Below are positions 34,601 to 42,800 of a stretch of DNA of 64,000 nt, one piece after another (positions within the stretch are counted from its first letter, which is position 1; each line of letters begins with the position of its first letter). The notes beneath the pieces are model-generated. The model was not told where the DNA came from. It worked only from the letters and a program-made list of their open reading frames with translations, and made no database searches. A program made the translations under genes and the position numbers. The stretch is from a virus: IMG/VR virus record IMGVR_UViG_3300003321_000927. One strand, given 5' to 3'.

Positions 34601-35522
34601 AGGTTCCTGCGGCGACGGTGGATGTCGTCGTGATCGTCAGCGTCGAGGTGCCTGCGTTCTCGTTGATCGACGTCGGCACGAAGGCCGCTGTCATCCCTGC
34701 GGGCAGGCCGGAGACGCTGAGGAGGACGGTGCCGCTGGTATCCGTACCGAGGGCAGAGGTGACGGTCGTCGACTGCGATGACGCTGAGCCTGCCGCAAAG
34801 GTCATCGCGTTCGGCGAGCAGGAGACCGAGAACGGGCCGGGAGCTGGCCCCCAGGCGATGGCATCGACGTTGTTCTGGGCGACACCCCCGATCGTCAGCG
34901 ACGCCTGAACGCTCACCGCCCCCGAGGAGATGTCGACGGTAACGAGGTGGTTGTTGCCGGTCTGCGTCCCCCAGAAGACACCGGTGTCGGGGTTGAACTT
35001 TCCCGCTTGCAGCCTCGTGGTGTCGCTGCCGGTAGCAACGGTCGTGACGGCGCCCGTCGAGAGGTTAACGGTCTCCACGAACTGGTCGTTGCCGATCACG
35101 TGGTAGAGGGTTCCACCGCTGAAGTCGAGCCCACCGCTGTAGTCGCTCGCCACGGCCCCAATCGTCGTGACGACCCCGGTGCTCTTGTTGATCGCCCAGA
35201 GTCCACCGCCGGTGGAATCCCAGCCGTAGAGTTGACCGGAAGCGCTGAAGGCTATGTCCGCGGCGGCGCGAGTCAGGCTCAAATCGGCAACGAGCGTGCC
35301 TGCGCCGGTAGTGCGGTCGATCGTGATGATCGCCTTCGGATGCGAGGCGCTGTTGTTGCTGGTCGCGCCATAGAGGATCCCTGTTGTCGGATCGATTGCG
35401 AGCCCGGTTACGGCAAAGCCGATCGGTCCGATCGACGTCATGTTCCCCGTCGCGGGATCGACCGAGTAGAGGTTGGATGTCGTATTCGGGCCGCCGAGCG
35501 CGGCATAGAGCTGGGAGGCCAT
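31662..35522 (-). CDS. tail fiber / receptor-binding protein (1286 aa): N-terminal beta-propeller-like repeats, Ig-like domains, C-terminal beta-rich region
   Basis: Repeated G..LY.. blades. Ig-like segments TTLTVTVS. The size and position distal to the TMP fit a fiber. Confidence 0.6.
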   Translation of the reverse strand: MASQLYAALGGPNTTSNLYSVDPATGNMTSIGPIGFAVTGLAIDPTTGILYGATSNNSASHPKAIITIDRTTGAGTLVADLSLTRAAADIAFSASGQLYGWDSTGGGLWAINKSTGVVTTIGAVASDYSGGLDFSGGTLYHVIGNDQFVETVNLSTGAVTTVATGSDTTRLQAGKFNPDTGVFWGTQTGNNHLVTVDISSGAVSVQASLTIGGVAQNNVDAIAWGPAPGPFSVSCSPNAMTFAAGSASSQSTTVTSALGTDTSGTVLLSVSGLPAGMTAAFVPTSINENAGTSTLTITTTSTVAAGTYALTVTGNNGSASETTTLTVTVSKNKTVLATADPNTSSPTVTITGTGVIDSRIWQADTSPNFYGIDDLNLYPSPSFYVRGTNLPSPGAYKVVVNGVATDVSPTTERFAASYALIMHVNGHLFGMAPFVLEVDSNAGYGVSGSFAAVLTGPPASGITAWLGGPPYYGLKAGDEVSFSVVNDGRDDADTTLEVRSVDFVWLADGGPQGTIDLATVSNLPLGATAWTDAGLTPARIADDAYPNCKDLCVTSNGDVYVVSGSFVSASPAWNATGKMVLWRWNGAAWSEISSTFAGNTRGKPSCSIGTDGTNVFIAWGEVSTTQPPVSRANRNSEYQTAWRCMKYSPGSGTFTELGSSTGQANKMPAVRTQSNCDAGRGDCAVTLRVDPSGSPWVGWCETDDAGATPFFTAPLIDDLTNLSASWDQSGLTVRSTTILYQDSSTTTRNRVVPSAATTYMNVARYTAGGTKGNAQEAAMHVDVLYGAATNLYAEVGVMLQAPVDLGGGRIEYPGYYARWTQGPSGANALSIVKKTGTSAANWTETLLYNGNVHNSSINRDPTILSIRATPVGAIGAQTGTQIQAWIAQEGTPARAFPNSATDTSSWFSDGYLGFGLRRDPSATYPAGETPAINAVDWPSAWTFSGGSYTATPDGGADEFYVRPYLWKWNGSTWVDTALPGPDANRVQIYGAYYNVNNIHVDTQLQVDFTFHHHDGPNANPSAIYCASYFPTNGTNPSGIQNEFIYQEYNGTSWSSQVKTHLEVFANTGGDRDLMGFLEQPLIGSNFTLTKGSAQQGMRLIWNGSRVILASAADRVLVMQLAADGTAWEPYLGKYKQPDYVHRKDYRQTNNGAASDTLGNDATHAWTDPTGVDCVCDELGRIWLIYDWFNNTTPFYGTGIFVDQDPGSGIGWMPVDGRNPLPQLDAWTFSRLAYSNNKLYVLALLDTGVNADGSSTMVIFEAPISRASYVPFVLGAVSSGAHFNIRV

Positions 35523-35584
35523 CAGTCAGTCGCCGCCGCAGGCATAGAGGTGAAGTTTCTCTCGGGCACCGGACGTCCTGGGGC

Positions 35585-36391
35585 TTAGAAGAAGTTGTCG
35601 AAGTGCGTCGCAGGAGTAGCGACGACAGGCGCCGTCCCGAACTGGTAGTTGGCCGTCAGGATGCTCGCCGACCCAGACGACCACGACCCACCCGGCTCAA
35701 TCGAAATGAGCGAGGCCGCCGAGGCAACGTGCGCCGCGAGTGCGATCTTTCCGTCGGCCGACTGATGCTCAGCGAGGAGCGTTCCGACAGCAGGCGTCCA
35801 GCCAGAGGCGAGAGATCCAACGGAAGGCTTGAACGCCGCACACGCCGAGATCATCTCGCAATCGTCCTGCGGATACGGCATGAAGCTCGGCCCGAGGTCG
35901 GCACTCCAGGTCAGCGAGTTGACCGTTCCTGTCTTCGAATTGCCGTTGGCGTAGTAGTAGCCGACGAAGTCTCCGGGAGAGGTGCCGCCGTTGTACTGCT
36001 GCACGGCGGTCTGTTCGATCTCCGAGAGAGCAAGAAGAAGACCGACGAGCGTCAGATTCGCGGGCCCCGCCGACCAAGAGATCTGGACCGTGTCGCCCAC
36101 CTGCAGAAGGGCGCCTGCAGAGCGGACGGCAGATTCCCCCACCTGCATCCTGACTCCGCCACTTCCATCAGAGGAAGCTCCGATGATCGAATCGTGAAGG
36201 CCAGCATGGGCGTCGTCCACCCATGATCCAGCGCGCGAATCCGAGGGTAGAGCGGAAGGAGCAGGTACGCTCGTAGTTCCTCCGCCTGCAGTGATCAGGT
36301 GAACAAGAGTTCCCGATGGCTGAGCAGCAGTGAGCGTGAGAGTGAGCGTGCTCGATCCAGAGGAATCTCCTGTAGCAAGAACAGTCGCCAC
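35585..36391 (-). CDS. minor tail protein (268 aa)
   Basis: Structural-operon ORF rich in Ser, Gly and Thr. Confidence 0.5.
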   Translation of the reverse strand: MATVLATGDSSGSSTLTLTLTAAQPSGTLVHLITAGGGTTSVPAPSALPSDSRAGSWVDDAHAGLHDSIIGASSDGSGGVRMQVGESAVRSAGALLQVGDTVQISWSAGPANLTLVGLLLALSEIEQTAVQQYNGGTSPGDFVGYYYANGNSKTGTVNSLTWSADLGPSFMPYPQDDCEMISACAAFKPSVGSLASGWTPAVGTLLAEHQSADGKIALAAHVASAASLISIEPGGSWSSGSASILTANYQFGTAPVVATPATHFDNFF

Positions 36392-36811
36392 TTACGGCGT
36401 CCCCGGCTGAAACTGGCCATTGGCGAAGAGGCGGCAGGGCTTGTAGGCGCCCGTATCGTCGTGCATGTGGCCAGGGATGTCGAACTCCTGCCAGAAGTGC
36501 TTGGTGAGCGTGAATGCAGTCGTGCCGTCGACGCCGCCGGTGATGTCGCCCTGGATCTGCAACACCTTCTCGACGTACATTGCGATGTTGCCCGCCGTGT
36601 CGAGGATGTTCGGCGATCCACTGACGATGCGCACGCGCGCGGGCACGCCTGTCCCGGTGTTGGCCCAGCCGTTCTCGAAGCTGGGCACGGCGGTGCCGTC
36701 GGGGAAAGTTCCGCCGCCGCCGATGTTGTACCAGGCACCGACCTGAACAGGATCGGCGCCGTCGGGGCTGTGGCTGCTGCGGCCGTGCGCGCCGGGCTGG
36801 AAGCGAGCCAT
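36392..36811 (-). CDS. minor tail protein (139 aa)
   Basis: Immediately downstream of the TMP stop. Confidence 0.45.
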   Translation of the reverse strand: MARFQPGAHGRSSHSPDGADPVQVGAWYNIGGGGTFPDGTAVPSFENGWANTGTGVPARVRIVSGSPNILDTAGNIAMYVEKVLQIQGDITGGVDGTTAFTLTKHFWQEFDIPGHMHDDTGAYKPCRLFANGQFQPGTP

Positions 36812-39800
36812 CTAGCGAGTCGCCCCGGCGTAAGCGCCGCGGCGCGGCGCGACGTTACGGGAATCGTGCCGCTGCAGCTCGCGGCGGATGTCGCGACCGA
36901 TCCGCGTCCCATCCTTGGAGTCGCCCCCGCCAATCGTGATGTTGATCGGGCCGGTGAAGACCTGGCCGCCGTCGCTGAACGCGCGGGCGGGGATTGCGGC
37001 GACGCCACGGGCCCGGCGGGTGCCACCGAGTGTGTCGAGACCGTTCGCATGCGGCGTGACGAGTCCTGCATTGACCGGATGCGCCTGCGCCTGCGCCACG
37101 GCCCCCTGGAGCGCCAGCTTCTTGTCCCTCGGCAGCGAGTCGTAGTGAGGAATCGTCGAGCGGAGCTGGCTGACCGCCGAGACGGGGTCAAGCAGCTTCT
37201 GCAGACGCTTCTGCATTTCGACGACGTTGCCCGGACGATCGCGAGCGTCGAGGATCTTGCCCTTGGAAGCGGCAAGCCCCTGGAGGAGCGCCTGGTTCCG
37301 CGGATCGTTGGCGGCGTTCTCGATCGTCAGTGAGTTCTTGGCAACGACCGCGGTCAGCCGCTTCAGCCACTGCGACAGCTCACCGAGACCCGGAACGCGC
37401 AGGGTCGGTACCGGCGATGGCGTGGGGTTCTGCCCGACGCCGTTCTCGCTGACGACGCCGCCATCCGCGTAACGCTTGGCGATCATCGAGAACAAGCTCG
37501 TCGGCGACACGTTGCCGACACCGAGCATCGTCGAGAGGTTCGACTGCTGCTGCCGGTTGAGCACGATCTCACCCGGCGTGAGCATCGCTGGCACGGTGTC
37601 GCCCGAGCCCGAGCCTGGGACGAGCCCCCCGGTCCGGAAGCCCTTGACACCGTAGTGGATGCGGCTCTCGATCTTCTTCATGAGGTCCTGCAGCGCCTCG
37701 TCCCCGTACTGGTTGGCGTAGCCCTTGAAGTAGGCGTCTGCCGCCGACGTGATGAAGCGACGGAAGTCGCCTCCCCAACGTCCGGTCTTATTGAGGGCCT
37801 TCTGCGGCACCCAGGAGGCGGCCTGGACCTCCTTGGGCGCCCATCCGAGCTGCCGCGCGACCTCCTGGTACATGGCCACGAAGCTGTTGTAGGCGTGGCC
37901 TGGTGAGTCGTGCCCCGGCCAAACGAGGGCTGTCGAGTGACGATCGATGGTCGTCGACTGCTGCTGCGCGAGCCGCGCGTAGGCCCGCGGGTCGGCGTTC
38001 TCCAGGATGCCGAGGAAGTAGTTCGTGAGCTTCGGGATGCGTCCCTTGGCACGCCCAGGACCGACACCGAAGAGATCGGCGATCTTCTCCATCTGAGCCT
38101 CATGGAACTTGAACTTGCCCTGAGCGCCGTTGGCCGTCCGACCGACCTTCGGCTTGTAGTACTTGGCGAAGGTCTCAGCGGTGAGCTTGCCCTCGCCCTT
38201 GATCGCGCGAATGGCGGCGACGGCGAGGTTGAAGTTGGAGGTCGGATCCTCGCTTGGCGAGGTATATGCCAGCGCCTTGACGAACTTGCTGGTGCTCACA
38301 CCCTCGCGCTTGGCTGACTGCTTCGCGACGAACGCTGCAGCGTCATACCAGCGGCGGTATTGCGCGTACTCGACGGCCATCGTGTAGATGCGCCTCATCG
38401 CACCAGCGGGGCCGCCTGGGAGATCCTTCGGCACGATCCAGTCCGCCTTGCCCTTGTTCGCGGAGACGAGCTTCTGGAAGTTCTCGACAGCCGCCGTCTC
38501 GTCGAAGGCCGGAACGTAGTTCCTTCCGATCAGGGTGCCTGCGACCCGCGCTGCCGCTTCGACGTCAGTGTCAAGAAGGGGCTTATGCGGGAGCGCGCGG
38601 CGGATGTTCCTCTTGCCGAGCGCGGTCTGGAACGAGGCGGGCTTATGGCCGGGGATGCCGTAATCGGGGAGATGGCGGTCGAAGACGTAGCTCCCTTGCC
38701 AGGAGATGTCATGCCCGCTGATGCCGAGCTTGCCAATCGTCTTCTTGAATTGCTCCGCCTCAACACCGCCAAAGTTGACGACGTAGTAGCCACGCCGCAC
38801 AGGGCTATGCATGATCCCGACGTTGCCCTCGCCGTAGGCCTGGTCGAGCCTTGCCTGGACCTCGGCGATGTCCCGGCCGCCAGACTGCCAGAAGACGCCT
38901 GGGTGGATGTCGGGCCCGACAGCACCAGGCGCGAGCGGGCGCCCGAACGACAGCGAGGCCTGCTTGAAGCCCTTGCCGACGTAGGCTGTGAGCGCCTTGA
39001 CCTTGTTCTCGAACGCCTGGTCGTAGCCCTCCTTCGGAATGGCGACGTGAATGCCGTAGCCGATGTTCTTCTGGCCGCGCCAGGTACCGAGACCAGGCCG
39101 GATGTCCGTCACGTTGAGTCCGAGCGAGCGCGCGGCCTCGTGGATCCGCTTGTTCGCGGCCCCCATGAGCGCCCGCGCCTCGATCGCCTGCCCACGGAAC
39201 GTCTTCGAGCGGAAGCGCGCGTAATCCTCGGGGTACAGTTCCTCCTTCGGCTCGAACTCACCGAAGATCTGCACCTCCTTCTGGTTGAGCGCGGCAACGA
39301 CCTTCTGCGGGAGGTTCGCGTAGTTCCGGTTGCGAAAGATGACATCCTCGCCCGAGTGAGCAATCCCGTACTTGCTGGTCTTCAACTGCTTGCCGACGAG
39401 GCCCTTCGGGATGGCGACGATCCAGCGTCCGTAGTACGAGCCAGGCTTCGTTGTCGCAAAGGCACCAGGAGGAGCGCCGAAGCCACCGCTCCGTTCCGCC
39501 GAGGTCGCGAGCAACTTCCCGCTCTCGATGATCGCCTTGGCCGACTTTTCATTCATCGTGGAGTGATAGAAGAAGCCTGCATTCGGGAGCAGGTCGCGAT
39601 CCTTGTAGGGCACGTAGAAGGCCTGGCCGCTCGCGAGGAGCTGATGGATGCGACGCGACTCACGGCCGAGGAAGAGCGCACCCGTTTCGTCCGTGGCAAG
39701 GCGCTTCAGTGCCTGCTTGAACCGGGAGCCGCGGCTCTTCAGGTCGAGTTCGAAGCGGCCACTCCTACCCCCGCCGACACGCTGGAACCCGAGGTGCTCG

Positions 39801-42800
39801 TAGAAGGTCTCGCCGGAAAGCGTCGAGAGCAGCTCCAGCTTTGACGCGCCAGACTTCAGGGCATCACCCATCACCCGCTGAACGAGCTGACGGCCGACTC
39901 CCTGCGAGTTGGCCGTCGTCGCGAGCGAGATCAGCTCTGCGCCCGACGCCTTGCCCTTCACCTTCCCGAAGACGTCGGTGATGCCGACGCGGTTGGCATC
40001 ACGCAGCGCGAGGTTGGCAACGCCAACCAGACCACCGGACTGGTCGCGGGCGACGTAGGTGCGCCCGCTCACCAGGTTGAGCAAGGTCTCTTCGGCGAGT
40101 TGCCTTCCGCCTGGCTTCCACTGCGCTGCGCGGACTTCGTTGAGGACTTCGACGCGCTTCTTAGGATCGAGGAGGCTGATTCCGTGCGCGAGTGTGATCT
40201 GGCCACGATCCGACCGGAGTGCGTTGATCACCCGCGAGCGACGGTCGGCAGGTGACAGTGTGTGGTCGGTCGCCAGCGACCCGAGGCCGGTGTTCTTGCC
40301 CCTGCGTGCATTCCTAAGCGTGTCCGCGACACTGCCCTCGCCACCGGGGTAGAAGGCCTCCTGCCACATCTCCTTGTAGGTGGCGGGGATCGAACGGAGG
40401 AAGCCGCGACGGTCATCACGCCATGTCTTCGCTCCTGCCGCCAGGCGCTCCCACTGCGCACGGCTGGCAACGCCGCTCGCAGCAACAGTCTCCCGCAACG
40501 CGCCCCCGGTCACCGGGATAAACTGCGCGCCGAAGAGAGCGAGTGCGCCGAAGAGACTCTTCGCGTTGCTTCCCGAGGGATCATCCGCGAACGCCCTACC
40601 CGTCTTGGCAACCGGCACGACACCGAAGCCGGAGGCGATCAGAGACCGGGCGATTTCGATGGGGTTGGACGCCGCCGCGAGCAGGCGCACGAGCGGCGAG
40701 TGCTCGTAGGCCTTGCGCAGAACGCGAAGATCCTCGGTGGTGTTCGGGGCATGATCCCCGCTCGTCGCTCCATGCGTCGCACGAACGAAAGCGCCGAGGC
40801 CTGACCTCGGATCGTATGTCGTCTTGACTGCGTTCGCGTGGTCGATCGAGTTGAGGATCCGTCCCTCCGACCAGGTCGGGTGCCATTGCTTGATCTGGCC
40901 GCGGATTTCGGCGTCGCTGTAGCCCTCGCGCCGCATGCGGCGGATCGCCTGGTCGATCGACTCCATCGGGGTCGCCGTCGTACGCTTGTGATGCCGGTCA
41001 GCGACGCCGCCGGTAGCGAAGCGCGAGATGCGATGAAAGAGGGTATGCGGGTCGTCGCTCGTGATGCCGAGGCGCGATGCGAGGCCGGACTGCTGGCGCT
41101 TGTTGAGGACGATCTCGCCCGGCGTCAGGAGCGCTGGGACGGAGTCGGTGCTCCCGCGACCAGGAACGACGGCGCCGGTGTTGGCACCGAAGAATCCCTG
41201 GTCGCGCAGGTTACGGCGGAGAAGGATCTGAAGCGGCTTTGGATACCTGTTGAGCCAGGCCTCGTACTCGTCCTTCGAGGGCCGACCGTGCTGAGGCGGT
41301 TCTCCGCCAACGTGGGCGGCGCGCATCGCAGCGATGATCGCCGGACGCGTCGGGATGCCGCTCGCGATCTTCGCATTCGTGATCGGGTTCGGAGCGGCAG
41401 CCGCTGTCACAGCCGCGGCGGCTCCGCCCTTGCGCGTCGAATCGGTCCGCTCCTCGGCGTTGATCGCGGCGATGCCCTGGGAGAGGTTGCGAAGGCGGGT
41501 CGTCAGGTCGTGCGTGCGCTTGTCGATCTTGTCGAGGTTGCGCTGGATGTCCTTGGTCAGGTTGTCGAAGTACTTCGACATCTGATCGGCGTATGCCTTG
41601 CCGCCGTCCTTGCCCGCCTGCTCGATCGAGACGTTGAAGCGGCGCATGATGCCCTGGACGTCCTTCTTGTACGTCGCGAGCGAGATCTTCCCCTTCTGGA
41701 ACAGCGTCTGCTCGCCTGCAAGGGCGGCCTTCAGGTTGTCCTCTGCGACCTGACGCGTGGCCTCGATGCTGCGCCGCAGGTCCGAGCGCTGGTCCTCGAT
41801 CGCCTGCCGTTCGAGCTTGCGCCGCTTGTCGAGGTCCTTCTTCGCGTTGTCGAGCGCCTTGTCGGCGGCCGTCCGCTCGGTCTTCGCACGCGCCTCCAGG
41901 CCGAACTTCCGCTGCGCGAGCTGTGCGTCCTCGATGTTCCGCTGCGCCTCGCGGATCGCTACCGGGTCGCCGACAAGCTCGGCCGTCCCCAGTGCCTGCC
42001 GCGAGTCGAAGAGATCGCGCTGGAAGTTGCGCTTCTCCTGGATCCGGTCGAGCGCGTCCAGCTCGCGCTCGGCAGGCGTCTTCCCGTTGACCTTGACGGT
42101 GAAGGTCGCGTTCGGCAACTTGACCTTCGCCGTGAGGTTGTCCTCCAGCTTCTGCGTCTTGTCGTCGAAGGCCGAGAGGATGCCGTCCGTCTTCCGGTCG
42201 AAGCTGTCGAGCATCCGGTCGGTGCGCGCCTCGAAGGCGTGCGTGACCGAGTCGCCGATGTGGTTGAAGAGCGTGTCGAACTGGTGCTGCGCAGCCTTGA
42301 CCTGCTGGTTGACCGGGTCGAGGATATTCGCCAGCTCGTCGTGACCGTGCTGGCGCAGGAAGTTTGCCGCGGCGACCGCGTTGGCGGTGAGCTGCTGTTC
42401 CTGCGCCTGCTGTAGGAGCGTCTCGGCAACGGCCTCCCGGCCCGCCTTGCGCGCAGCTTCTGCCTGCTTGACAAGGATGCCAATCTTCGGCAGCGTCCGG
42501 TCGAGCCCGTTCTCCAACTGCTTGAACAGCTCGTCGTTGACGTTGTTTTCGAGGTTCTTCTTCGCCGAGGCGCCGATCTTGCCGAGCCGCGCCTGGGCGT
42601 CGTGCGCATCGCGCTCGGACAGCCAGTGCCCGATCAGCGGCACGTGCTTGTCGATATGGTCGGCGAAAAACTGATCGAGCTTACCGAGCGCGGTGCGGCC
42701 CTTGCTCGTGCCATCGATAAGCTGCTCGATCGCAAGCGAGAGCCCGATGATCCCGCCCTTGCCGACAAGCGCGTTGAGGCCGATGGCACGAAGCGCGCCG

